This document shows positions 1-9,483 of a stretch of DNA of 64,000 nucleotides, one piece after another (the first letter of the stretch is position 1; every line of letters begins with the position of its first letter). Source of the stretch: an uncultured Gallionellaceae bacterium (GTDB lineage Bacteria; Pseudomonadota; Gammaproteobacteria; Burkholderiales; Gallionellaceae); assembly GCA_964532405.1 (NCBI GenBank), contig CAZHIC010000007.1:6721-70720 (forward strand). The letters run 5' to 3'. The notes beneath the pieces were generated by a model. The model was not told where the DNA came from. It saw nothing but the letters and a program-made list of their open reading frames with translations, and did not search any database. A program made the translations under genes and the position numbers.

Positions 1-1032
1 GTGTACATAGTCTTCGGCGAACTTGGGCAGGTCGAAGTTGATCACGTGCGAGATACCGGCCACATCGATGCCGCGAGCGGCAACGTCGGTGGCAACCAGC
101 ACGCGAATCTGGCCGCGACGCAGGTTGACCAGTGTGCGGTTACGCTCGCGCTGGTTCATGTCGCCGTGCAAAGCGGCTGCCGAGTGGCCTTGTGCCGACA
201 AGCTGTCAGCCAAGGCGTCTGCATCGCGCTTGGTGGCGGTGAAAACGATGGCTTGATTCAGTTCGGTGTCGCGCAGGATATGGTCGAGCAGGCGATTTTT
301 GTGCGCCATGTCGTCCACATACATCAGCTTTTGCTCGATGTTCTCGTGACGCGCTTGGGCTGAAGTTACGCTGATACGCTTGGGCGATTTCAACAGACGT
401 TGTGCCAGGTTGCCGATCACGCCATCCAGCGTGGCCGAGAACAGCAGCGTTTGACGTGTGGCTGGGGTGGCCGCAGCGATGCGTTCTACATCGTCGATGA
501 AGCCCATGTCCAGCATGCGGTCGGCTTCGTCCATGATCAGAATTTCCAGACGGGAGAAGTCGATACGACCGCGCTCGATGTGGTCGATCAAACGACCCGG
601 TGTTGCCACCAGAATATCGACCGGACTGGAGAGCAATTTGTTTTGCAGCGGGTAAGGCATGCCGCCCAAGATGCTGACAACTTTCACCTTCATGTTTTTG
701 CCGTATTTCGCGGCTGCGTCCGAGACTTGTTGTGCGAGTTCGCGGGTAGGCGTCAGCACTAATACGCGCGGGCCTTTGCTGTGAACCGCTGACGGGGTGG
801 AAATGCGGTGCAGGGCAGGCAAAATAAAGGCGGCAGTTTTGCCGGTGCCTGTCTGTGCGGAAGCCATCAGGTCGTGTCCGGCCATGATGGTCGGAATCGC
901 TTCAGCTTGGATCGGGGTGGGGATGGTGTAGCCGGACTCTTCCACAGCCTTGAGGATGGAAGGGTGCAAACCCAGAGTTGCAAATGTTACGGGCGCGGCA
1001 ACAGCGGTTTCAGTTGTGTTTTCTATGGACAC
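1..1032 (-). CDS. rhlE: DEAD-box ATP-dependent RNA helicase (RhlE-like); C-terminus runs off the left edge
   Basis: Absent from the ORF track because there is no stop inside the window. My reverse-complement translation starts at GTG 1032-1030, with an AAGGA Shine-Dalgarno upstream. It gives VSIENTTETAVAAPVTFATLGLHPSILKAVEESGYTIPTPIQAEAIP...SAQTGTGKTAAF...TPTRELA...MDEADRMLDMGF...LFSATL. The Q motif, motif I, DEAD and SAT motifs are in order. The + strand track ORFs at 1-1050 are antisense to it. Confidence 0.9.
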   Translation of the reverse strand, partial: MSIENTTETAVAAPVTFATLGLHPSILKAVEESGYTIPTPIQAEAIPTIMAGHDLMASAQTGTGKTAAFILPALHRISTPSAVHSKGPRVLVLTPTRELAQQVSDAAAKYGKNMKVKVVSILGGMPYPLQNKLLSSPVDILVATPGRLIDHIERGRIDFSRLEILIMDEADRMLDMGFIDDVERIAAATPATRQTLLFSATLDGVIGNLAQRLLKSPKRISVTSAQARHENIEQKLMYVDDMAHKNRLLDHILRDTELNQAIVFTATKRDADALADSLSAQGHSAAALHGDMNQRERNRTLVNLRRGQIRVLVATDVAARGIDVAGISHVINFDLPKFAEDYVH

Positions 1033-1381
1033 GTTTTTTCCTTACATTAAAAAGTAACAGCGCATGCGTGGCGCAATGGCCACACAATGAAATTCAGTAG
1101 GAGTGATAAAGCTCTACCGGCGCAAAACATCGTCGCTAACCGGTAAAACAGGACGCATCAGAACGGCATTAAGCCGGAGACGCTAGGGGTCAGGAAACGA
1201 TGGACTCAGCGCTGCAGGTACATCGCAGCGAGGCGCGCATTATAGGGAGGTATTTATTAAAAGCAAGAGGTATTTTATATTTTCTTGCATTGTGAAACTT
1301 CGATGACATCGGGCGAAATCACTTTTGCTTCTGATACAATCAACAGCGGGCAGCGAAAAAAATAACAGGTCGGGGGATGGT

Positions 1382-2674
1382 ATGTCAAAGCACGAAAAGG
1401 CGCGTTTTGTAAGCTTGATGACAAAGAATACTTACGCCATGGTTTTGGCAGGAGGGCGCGGTAGCCGCCTGCACCAATTGACGGATTGGCGCGCGAAGCC
1501 GGCTGTGCCTTTCGGCGGTAAGTTCAGGATAATCGATTTTGTTTTATCGAACTGCGTCAACTCTGGTATCCGGCGTATCGGTGTGGCGACACAGTACAAA
1601 TCGCACAGTTTACTCCAACATATTCAGCGCGGCTGGAGTTTCTTGAACGGTAAATTCAGCGAGTTTATCGATGTGTTGCCCGCCCAGCAGTGGGTGAAGG
1701 AGTCGTGGTATTCCGGTACGGCGGACGCCGTGTTCCAAAATCTGGATATTTTGCGCGATAGCAATCCCGAATATGTGCTGATCTTGGCGGGTGATCACGT
1801 TTACAAGATGGACTATGGCAAGTTGCTGGCCTGTCACGTCGAGAAAAATGCCGATATGACAGTTGCTTGCATCGAGGTGCCGCTCAGCGATGCCAGCGCG
1901 TTCGGTGTCATGGGAGTGAACGGGGAATCGAGAGTGGTAAGTTTTGTCGAGAAACCCGACAAGCCCTCCTCGATTCCGGGCAAGCCGGAACTCTCGCTGG
2001 CCAGCATGGGCATCTATGTGTTCAACACCAAATTTCTGGTTGAGCAATTGACCCGTGATGCGGACGATCCTCATTCCAGCCACGACTTCGGCAAGGACAT
2101 TATTCCGCACTTAATGTCGGCCGGGTATCGCGTGTTTGCCCAAAGCTTTGAAGATAGTTGTGTGCGTGACGAGGGAGGCAATTCATATTGGCGCGATGTG
2201 GGAACCATCGATTCCTACTGGGAAGGCAATATGGAACTCACCAAAGTGGTTCCCGATTTGAATATGTACGATAAAGAATGGCCGATCTGGACGAATCAGG
2301 AACAATTGCCGCCGGCAAAATTTGTTTTCGATGAAGACGAGCGTCGCGGCATGGCGGTTGACTCGCTGGTATCCGGAGGCTGTATCATCAGCGGTGCATC
2401 GGTTACGCGTTCCCTGCTTTATTCGAATGTAAAAATACACAGCTTTACCACGGTTGAGGATTCCGTCCTGCTTCCCAATGTGGAGGTTGGGCGTAATGTG
2501 AAGATCAGACGCGCCGTACTGGATAAAAATTGCCTCATTCCTGAAGGTCTGGTTGTTGGTTATGATCTCGAAGAGGATGCCAAGCGTTTTCATGTGAGTG
2601 ACGGAGGCGTCGTTCTGATCACCCCTGAGATGCTGGGGCAGGATATGGGGCGCATTCGGATGGCTAAGAAATAA
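1382..2674 (+). CDS. glgC: Glucose-1-phosphate adenylyltransferase
   Basis: Contains [12 protein letters not shown]...[49 protein letters not shown], colinear with E. coli GlgC. I prefer ATG 1382 (MSKHEK) over the track start at 1325. Confidence 0.95.
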   Translation: MSKHEKARFVSLMTKNTYAMVLAGGRGSRLHQLTDWRAKPAVPFGGKFRIIDFVLSNCVNSGIRRIGVATQYKSHSLLQHIQRGWSFLNGKFSEFIDVLPAQQWVKESWYSGTADAVFQNLDILRDSNPEYVLILAGDHVYKMDYGKLLACHVEKNADMTVACIEVPLSDASAFGVMGVNGESRVVSFVEKPDKPSSIPGKPELSLASMGIYVFNTKFLVEQLTRDADDPHSSHDFGKDIIPHLMSAGYRVFAQSFEDSCVRDEGGNSYWRDVGTIDSYWEGNMELTKVVPDLNMYDKEWPIWTNQEQLPPAKFVFDEDERRGMAVDSLVSGGCIISGASVTRSLLYSNVKIHSFTTVEDSVLLPNVEVGRNVKIRRAVLDKNCLIPEGLVVGYDLEEDAKRFHVSDGGVVLITPEMLGQDMGRIRMAKK

Positions 2675-2750
2675 CCATTAACAGTATTTAATCACCACTC
2701 GATAAAAACATCCTTTAGCAAAGGATGCCGCGAGTTCAAACGGATTTCTC

Positions 2751-4463
2751 ATGAGCAAACCCCTAGATTTAGTTTTTCTCTGGCATATGCACCAGCCGGA
2801 TTATCGTGACTACAGTACCGGTGACTTCGTGTTGCCGTGGGTGTATTTGCACGCGATGAAGGATTACTCGGACATGGCCTACCATCTTGAGCAGCATCCA
2901 AAGATGAAGGCCGTGGTCAATTTTGTGCCGATCCTGCTGGATCAGCTGGAGGATTACGAGCAACAATTCGCAACGGGACAGATCCGCGATCCTTTGCTGC
3001 GTTTGCTGGTGCGCGAAGATCTTAACGAGGTCAGCGAAGACGAGCGTCTGCTGGTGCTTGAGAGTTGTTTCCGCAGCAACCTGGATAAAATGGTCGCGCC
3101 GTATCCTTCCTACGGCCGGCTGCTCGACCTGTTCAAGATGCTTGAGGGCAGTGGCAGTGTCGCGTTGTCGTATTTGTCGGGGCAATATCTGGCAGATCTG
3201 TTGACCTGGTATCACTTGGCCTGGTTCGGCGAGAGCATTCGGCGCGAGCACGACGTGCTGATCCAGATGATGACCAAGGACGAGAATTTTACCTATGCGG
3301 ATCGCAAGATACTTTTCGACCTGATCGGAAAAGTGGTTTCCAGAATTATTCCGCGTTATCGCAAGCTGGCAGAGAGCGGACAAATCGAAATATCGGCAAC
3401 GCCGCATTACCATCCCCTTGCGCCGTTGCTGCTGGATTTTAACAGTGCGCGCGAATGCGAGCCCGGTAGCAGCCTGCCGCAGGCTACGAGTTATCCGGGA
3501 GGCAAGTCTCGTGTGCAGGCTCATATCGTTTCTACCATCAAGAGTCACCGTGCCCGCTTCGGCGTTACGCCGCATGGAATATGGCCGGCGGAAGGTGCCG
3601 TGTCCACCTCGTTGATCGAAGTGCTGGCGGGGCAAGAGTGTCGCTGGGTGGCCAGTGGAGAAGGGGTGCTGGCCAATAGTTTGCGCAAAGCGGGCGACCT
3701 CCCGGAACGCTCGAAATATCTGTATCGCCCGTACCGCTTGCAAGGCGCCGCCAAAAGTGTGAATTGTTTTTTCCGCGATGACCGCCTGTCCGATCTGATC
3801 GGTTTCGAATATTCGAACTGGAACGGCCAAGACGCCGCAGATAACTTTGTGGCACAGCTGGAGGACATCGCCAGTCAGGCGAGCGACGATGAGACGCCTT
3901 TGGTCGGCGTCATTCTGGATGGGGAAAACGCTTGGGAATATTATCCCTACAACGGCTACCATTTCCTGAACGACCTTTATGCGGCGTTGGAGGCGCATAC
4001 CGGCATACGCACGACAACTTATTCGGAATATCTGGACGAACGTGATGCGCTAAAAGCGCAGGGTTTTGCCCAAGAGGGAAAATTGCCCGGTTTGGTTGCG
4101 GGCAGCTGGGTATATGGCACTTTCTCCACCTGGATCGGTTCGCCGGATAAAAATCACGCATGGGATTTGTTGTGTATGGCGAAACAGAGCTATGACATGG
4201 TGATGGCGGCGGGGCGCTTGAGCAAAAGTGAGAAAGAGGCGGCAGAGAGACAGCTTTCATCCTGCGAAAGCTCGGATTGGTTCTGGTGGTTCGGTGACTA
4301 CAACCCTTCCGATGCGGTGGGCAGTTTCGACCGCCTGTATCGCCATAACTTGATGCAGCTTTATCGTTTGTTGAAGTTGCCGGTGCCGCCGAATTTAAAT
4401 TCCCCGATCAGTCAGGGCGGTGGTGCGGCCGAGGGGGGCGGTACAATGCGGCGCGGTTCATGA
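2751..4463 (+). CDS. Glycoside hydrolase family 57 protein (alpha-glucan acting)
   Basis: The N-terminus LVFLWHMHQPDYRD is the GH57 signature region. It is 570 aa and lies between glgC and malQ. Confidence 0.8.
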   Translation: MSKPLDLVFLWHMHQPDYRDYSTGDFVLPWVYLHAMKDYSDMAYHLEQHPKMKAVVNFVPILLDQLEDYEQQFATGQIRDPLLRLLVREDLNEVSEDERLLVLESCFRSNLDKMVAPYPSYGRLLDLFKMLEGSGSVALSYLSGQYLADLLTWYHLAWFGESIRREHDVLIQMMTKDENFTYADRKILFDLIGKVVSRIIPRYRKLAESGQIEISATPHYHPLAPLLLDFNSARECEPGSSLPQATSYPGGKSRVQAHIVSTIKSHRARFGVTPHGIWPAEGAVSTSLIEVLAGQECRWVASGEGVLANSLRKAGDLPERSKYLYRPYRLQGAAKSVNCFFRDDRLSDLIGFEYSNWNGQDAADNFVAQLEDIASQASDDETPLVGVILDGENAWEYYPYNGYHFLNDLYAALEAHTGIRTTTYSEYLDERDALKAQGFAQEGKLPGLVAGSWVYGTFSTWIGSPDKNHAWDLLCMAKQSYDMVMAAGRLSKSEKEAAERQLSSCESSDWFWWFGDYNPSDAVGSFDRLYRHNLMQLYRLLKLPVPPNLNSPISQGGGAAEGGGTMRRGS

Positions 4464-4526
4464 GAGTCTAAATCGGAGCACTATTTTGGGGGGTGATGGC
4501 TGCCCCCGAGTCTGAAAGGTTGGTAC

Positions 4527-6095
4527 ATGTATTTCCCGCGCAGCAGTGGCATCTTGCTTCATCCCACTTCATTGCCCGGCCCCTATGGCTCGGGCGATTT
4601 TGGTAAGGATGCGTTTCGTTTCGTGGACTGGCTTGCCGCAGCGGGACAGCAGATGTGGCAGATACTCCCGCTCGGGGGGATTGGCCCGGGGAACTCCCCT
4701 TATATGAGCAGTTCGGCTTTCGCGGGCAATGTTTTGTTGATTGACCTGGACGACTTGCGCACGCATGGATGGCTGAGCGCCGATGATTTATCTCATCATG
4801 CAGAATTTGATGCGCGGCGCGTGGATTTTTCCGTTGTCTATCATTACCGCATGAAGAAGCTGCACATTGCCGCAAAATGTTTCTTTGCGGGTAGGGCGCG
4901 TCGAGGTTTATTGGCGGGATTATTTGCGGATAAAAAACACTATGCCGAATATGAAGCGTTCTGCGCGGCCGAGCAAGCGTGGTTAGACGACTATGCGCTT
5001 TTCATGGCACTGGCAGAAAAATACAGTTGGGAAGATTGGGCGCATTGGGAACCGGGTCTTGCGCGGCGCGAGAAAGAAGCCTTGGAGAAAGCCGCTGTGG
5101 AGTTGGCGGATGAAATCAAGTTCTGGCGTTTTTGCCAGTGGAGCTTCTTCCGCCAGTGGCGAAAATTAAAGCAGTATGCCAATCAGCATGGCGTTCAGAT
5201 CATCGGCGATATTCCGATTTTCATCGCCTATCAGAGCGCGGAAGTGTGGGCGCGTCAGGATTTGTTCGAGCTGGGCGAGGATATGTTGCCCACCGTCATC
5301 GCCGGTGTTCCGCCCGATTACTTTAGCGCAACCGGACAGCGCTGGGGCAATCCGCTCTATCGCTGGTCTGCACATGAAGCCGAAGGTTACGCATGGTGGA
5401 TTGAGCGTATACGCAAGATGATCGAACTGGCGGATATTGTGCGCATCGACCATTTTCGTGGATTTGCCGGATATTGGGAGATACCTGCTTCAGAACCGAC
5501 CGCGATGAATGGAAGATGGATGCCCGGTCCGGGTGAAAATCTGTTCAATGCCGTTCAGGCAAAACTGGGTACGCTACCCATCATTGCAGAAGACTTGGGA
5601 GTCGTGACGCCAGACGTGGTTGCCCTGCTTGAAAAGTTTGATCTGCCCGGAATGCGCATCTTGCAGTTTGCATTCGGCGGCGAAAATGACAATCCGTATT
5701 TGCCCCACAACTTTACGCACAACACCGTCGTCTATGGCGGCACGCACGATAATGACACGGCCATCGGATGGTTTAACGCAGCGTCGCCGGAAGAGCGTGC
5801 CTTCGTTTGCGCATATCTCGGCACCGATGGTGTCGAGATCAATTGGGACATGATCCGTGCGGCATCAGAATCGATTGCCGATATTGCCATTCACCCATTG
5901 CAGGATGTACTCGGGCTGGGTGCGGAGCATAGAATGAATCTGCCCGGCAAGGCTGATGGCTATTGGGAGTGGCGCTTCGCTTGGGCGCAACTAATGCCCG
6001 AACACACGAAAAGAATTTATGAAATAACCGCAGAGAGCGGGCGCTGTGCTGCGGATCGGTTGAGGCACTCATCCAGCAGCGCGCTTTCGACATAA
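4527..6095 (+). CDS. malQ: 4-alpha-glucanotransferase (amylomaltase, GH77)
   Basis: Contains RSSGILLHPTSLPGPYGSGDFG..., GDIPIFIAYQSAEVWA, RIDHFRGF, IAEDLGVVT and YGGTHDNDT, the typical MalQ motifs. Confidence 0.92.
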   Translation: MYFPRSSGILLHPTSLPGPYGSGDFGKDAFRFVDWLAAAGQQMWQILPLGGIGPGNSPYMSSSAFAGNVLLIDLDDLRTHGWLSADDLSHHAEFDARRVDFSVVYHYRMKKLHIAAKCFFAGRARRGLLAGLFADKKHYAEYEAFCAAEQAWLDDYALFMALAEKYSWEDWAHWEPGLARREKEALEKAAVELADEIKFWRFCQWSFFRQWRKLKQYANQHGVQIIGDIPIFIAYQSAEVWARQDLFELGEDMLPTVIAGVPPDYFSATGQRWGNPLYRWSAHEAEGYAWWIERIRKMIELADIVRIDHFRGFAGYWEIPASEPTAMNGRWMPGPGENLFNAVQAKLGTLPIIAEDLGVVTPDVVALLEKFDLPGMRILQFAFGGENDNPYLPHNFTHNTVVYGGTHDNDTAIGWFNAASPEERAFVCAYLGTDGVEINWDMIRAASESIADIAIHPLQDVLGLGAEHRMNLPGKADGYWEWRFAWAQLMPEHTKRIYEITAESGRCAADRLRHSSSSALST

Positions 6096-6790
6096 ATATC
6101 CACACCATTCTCCGGTGTGATCGCGGTAGCGGGAATCGATATTCCTGAACGCCAATCGCTGACCGCTTGTGCCTTGCTGCCCCCCGTGACCAAAAATATG
6201 ACCTGACGTGTATCGCTTAGGCGGTGCGCGCTGAGTGAGATGCGTTGAGAGGGGGGCTTTGGCGCATCAAGGATCGTGAGCGTGCACTGTGCATCTTCGT
6301 TTGAACCCCATTCATGATTAGGAAATAAACTCGCGGTGTGCCCGTCTTCTCCCAGGCCGAGTAAAACCAGATCGAACAATCCAACTTTATTCACGACTTG
6401 AGCATATCTCTCCGCCGCGACTGCTGCACTTTCTTCTGCCGGAATGGACTGAATCTGTGCTGCTGGAATGGCGACATAATCCAGCCAAGCCGAGGTCGCC
6501 ATGCGGCTGTTACGCTCGGCATGGTCTTTCGGCAAGCAACGTTCATCGCCAAAATAGATATGCCACGCCCGCCATTCTGTCTGTGCCTCGCGCAGTGCTT
6601 CATACACCTTGCGTGGAGTCGTGCCACCCGCCAGCACGATATGAAATATACCGCGATCTTTGATGGCTTGTTGTGCGGCGCGCAATATTTCGCTTACCGC
6701 AGCTCGCTCAAGTTGGAGGGCGTTGTCGAAAGGATGCCAACGGCAAATCTGCGCTGATTGTCTACGATTTAATGAGAGCATAATATTCAT
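6017..6790 (-). CDS. pgl: 6-phosphogluconolactonase
   Basis: Contains FHIVLAGGTTPRKVYEAL...HIYFGDERCLP...FDLVLLGLGEDGHTASLFP, the Pgl/NagB-family pattern. Its 3' end overlaps the malQ 3' end by 79 nt. Confidence 0.85.
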   Translation of the reverse strand: MNIMLSLNRRQSAQICRWHPFDNALQLERAAVSEILRAAQQAIKDRGIFHIVLAGGTTPRKVYEALREAQTEWRAWHIYFGDERCLPKDHAERNSRMATSAWLDYVAIPAAQIQSIPAEESAAVAAERYAQVVNKVGLFDLVLLGLGEDGHTASLFPNHEWGSNEDAQCTLTILDAPKPPSQRISLSAHRLSDTRQVIFLVTGGSKAQAVSDWRSGISIPATAITPENGVDIYVESALLDECLNRSAAQRPLSAVIS

Positions 6791-6859
6791 CCGATAGAAT
6801 AGTCGTGTCAGGTATGATTCTACGGTGTTAATGTGAAATTCGCGTAGCGATTCGATTGT

Positions 6860-6896
6860 CTCCTCGCCCGCTTGCGGGAGAGGATTGAGGAGAGGG
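6860..6896. repeat. REP, CCTCGCCCGC-TT-GCGGGAGAGG type
   Basis: Inverted repeat 6862-6871 / 6874-6883. The same arms recur at 16378-16399, and a relative lies at 35751-35773. Confidence 0.7.
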
Positions 6897-6984
6897 AAAC
6901 GGGCATGGCGCTTTTATCATCTGAGTGGCTTCATGCTTTGCCCGTTAAGGCTAAATTGGGCAGTTAATTTAAGGGAGAAGAATA

Positions 6985-7896
6985 ATGAAAATGGCGATGA
7001 TCGGTTTGGGCAAGATGGGCGGCAACATGGTGCGTCGCCTGCGTCTGGGGAAGATCGAAGTGGTGGGTTTTGACCGCGCGAACGAAGTCGTCGCGCAGCT
7101 CGCTAAAGAGGCTGGCATGATTGCGGCGTCTTCGGTTGAAGACGCTGTATCCAAATTATCCAGCCCGCGCATCGTGTGGCTGATGTTGCCCAGCGGCGAT
7201 CCCACCGAACAGCAACTGCGCGCACTGGCACCGTTGCTGAGCCAAGGCGACATCATCGTCGATGGCGGTAATTCCAATTATCACGACAGTCAGCGTCGTG
7301 GCGCATGGCTGGCGGAGCAGGGTATCGGCTTTATGGATGCCGGTACTTCCGGTGGTGTGTGGGGTCTGGCGAACGGTTACTGCCTGATGGTGGGCGCCGC
7401 TGACGCAGTGGCGAAAACCATGACGCCGATTTTGCAAGTGTTGGCACCCGCAGCAGATCGCGGTTGGGCGCATGTCGGACCGGTCGGCTCCGGTCACTTC
7501 ACCAAGATGATTCACAACGGTATCGAGTACGGCATGATGCAGTCCTTTGCCGAGGGACTGGAATTGTTGCGCGGCAAAAAAGAATTTGCACTCGATCTGG
7601 CGCAGATTACCGAATTGTGGAGGCACAGCTCGGTGGTGCGCAGCTGGCTGCTCGACCTCACCGCAGAAGCATTGAAGGTCGATCAAGAGCTGACCAACAT
7701 TGCGCCGTTCGTGCCGGACTCTGGCGAAGGCCGCTGGACAGTGGTGGAAGCAATCGACCAAGGTGTCGCGGCACCCGTACTGACACTGGCTTTGCAGATG
7801 CGTTTTACCAGCCAGAACGAAACCGGTTACGGCTACCGTCTGCTTTCCACCATGCGCAATGCTTTCGGCGGGCATGCCGTCAAACATACGAGTTGA
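6985..7896 (+). CDS. gnd: 6-phosphogluconate dehydrogenase, decarboxylating, short (about 300 aa) form
   Basis: Contains MAMIGLGKMGGNM (Rossmann fold), DGGNSNY and GSGHFTKMIHNGIEYGMMQ. It lies between pgl and zwf. Confidence 0.85.
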   Translation: MKMAMIGLGKMGGNMVRRLRLGKIEVVGFDRANEVVAQLAKEAGMIAASSVEDAVSKLSSPRIVWLMLPSGDPTEQQLRALAPLLSQGDIIVDGGNSNYHDSQRRGAWLAEQGIGFMDAGTSGGVWGLANGYCLMVGAADAVAKTMTPILQVLAPAADRGWAHVGPVGSGHFTKMIHNGIEYGMMQSFAEGLELLRGKKEFALDLAQITELWRHSSVVRSWLLDLTAEALKVDQELTNIAPFVPDSGEGRWTVVEAIDQGVAAPVLTLALQMRFTSQNETGYGYRLLSTMRNAFGGHAVKHTS

Positions 7897-7908
7897 TAAC
7901 GGACGAAT

Positions 7909-7931
7909 GTAGGGTGCGCTATGCACCCTAC
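7909..7931 (+). repeat. GTAG-headed REP hairpin
   Basis: GTAGGGTGC-GCTAT-GCACCCTAC, a perfect 9-bp stem in the gnd-zwf spacer. Confidence 0.7.
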
Positions 7932-7977
7932 GAGGAACGTTGCGCTGACCGAGAAATAAATTTATAGAGGTGAACGA

Positions 7978-9483
7978 ATGAAAGTCCTAGAACCTTGTAC
8001 GCTGGTGATCTTCGGCGCCGCCGGCAACCTGAGCCGGCTAAAACTTATCCCCTCGCTGTTTCGTTTGGAGCTGGCTAACCGCTTGCCGGAACACATAGTC
8101 ATCATCGGTTGCAGTATAGAGCTGCGGCAGCGCGAAGAATGGGTTGCCGAAGTGGTCCAGATGCTGGAACCAGTCTATCCGCAGGGTATCGATCAAACAG
8201 CATTGGATCGGTTTTGCGCACGCATGCACTACCACGCCATTCCGCCCGGAGATGATGCGGCTTATCTGCGTTTGAAGCAGATGCAGGAAGGTAGTACGAC
8301 GTTTCCGCCCAACATGGTTTTTTACATGTCGGTGAGTCCGTCCGCGTTCCCGGACATCGTGGAGAAGCTGGGCAATGTGGGTTTGCTAAAGCAGACCCAC
8401 GGCTGGCGTCGCGTGGTGATCGAGAAGCCGTTTGGCTACGATTTGTTGAGCGCGCAAACGTTGCAAGGCAGTCTGTACAAACACTTGAATGAGCCGCAGA
8501 TATACCGTATCGATCATTACCTCGGCAAAGGCACGGTGCAGAACGTCATGGTGTTTCGTTTCGCCAACCTGCTGTTGGAGCCGCTGTGGAACCATCACTA
8601 CATCGACCATGTGCAAATCACCCAATCCGAGACCTTGGGTATCGGCGGGCGTGCAGGTTACTACGAAGGTGCCGGTGCGCTACGAGACATGATTCAGAGC
8701 CACTTGTTGCAACTGCTGGCGCTGGTGGCAATGGAGCCGCCTCTGACCATCTCGGCGGAAAATTTGCGCGACGAAAAAGTAAAAGTGTTGAAGGCGATTC
8801 GCCCGATCACGCAAAACTCGGTGCATGCCCATGCCTTCCGTGGGCAGTACGCCAGCGGCAGCATCAACGGTAAAGCGGTTCCCGGTTATCTGGAGGAGGA
8901 GGGCGTGGCGCCGGACAGCACGACTGAAACTTATGCCGCACTGAAGCTGTTCATCGACAACTGGCGTTGGGCGGGGGTGCCGTTCTACCTGCGCACCGGC
9001 AAACGCATGGCGGAAGGCAGCTCGGCGATTTGCATTCGTTTCAAAACGCCGCCGCAGGATTTGTTGAAACGCACACGTCAGGGGCCGCCGCAAGCGAACT
9101 GGATCATGCTGGGCATCCAGCCCGACGATTGCATGAAAATGGAAATGCAGGTCAGAGTGCCGGGGTTGGACTTGCACACCCGCGCCATCAGCCTGGACGC
9201 CACTTACCGCAAGGACAGCGATGAGGATTTCGACGCCTATGCGGGCCTGTTGCTGGACGTGATGCAGGGCGATCCTTCGCTGTTCCTGCGCATAGACGAA
9301 GTGGAAGCGGCATGGCGTGTGGTCGATCCCATTCTCAAGGTATGGGCGATGGAGCGCGACTTCATCAACACCTATCCGGCGGGCAGCTGGGGGCCGCGCG
9401 GCACCTATCGTTTGTTCGATCGCGACGATCAGTTCTGGCGTCACTCTTTGAATCTTGACGGTGCGGATTTGCAGGCCTACTGA
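7978..9483 (+). CDS. zwf: Glucose-6-phosphate 1-dehydrogenase
   Basis: Contains LVIFGAAGNLSRLKLIPSLF, RIDHYLGK and EKPFG, the canonical Zwf motifs. Confidence 0.96.
   Translation: MKVLEPCTLVIFGAAGNLSRLKLIPSLFRLELANRLPEHIVIIGCSIELRQREEWVAEVVQMLEPVYPQGIDQTALDRFCARMHYHAIPPGDDAAYLRLKQMQEGSTTFPPNMVFYMSVSPSAFPDIVEKLGNVGLLKQTHGWRRVVIEKPFGYDLLSAQTLQGSLYKHLNEPQIYRIDHYLGKGTVQNVMVFRFANLLLEPLWNHHYIDHVQITQSETLGIGGRAGYYEGAGALRDMIQSHLLQLLALVAMEPPLTISAENLRDEKVKVLKAIRPITQNSVHAHAFRGQYASGSINGKAVPGYLEEEGVAPDSTTETYAALKLFIDNWRWAGVPFYLRTGKRMAEGSSAICIRFKTPPQDLLKRTRQGPPQANWIMLGIQPDDCMKMEMQVRVPGLDLHTRAISLDATYRKDSDEDFDAYAGLLLDVMQGDPSLFLRIDEVEAAWRVVDPILKVWAMERDFINTYPAGSWGPRGTYRLFDRDDQFWRHSLNLDGADLQAY

Noticed and set aside
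2709-2727. Perfect 8-bp hairpin CATCCTTT-AGC-AAAGGATG after glgC, considered as a terminator
   Set aside because: No T-run follows it, and the next gene starts 24 nt later in the same apparent operon. I did not call it a terminator, although it may be an mRNA-stability element.
2769-3998. 409-aa - strand ORF
   Set aside because: It is antisense to the GH57 gene, which carries the HQP signature and fits the glgC-malQ context.
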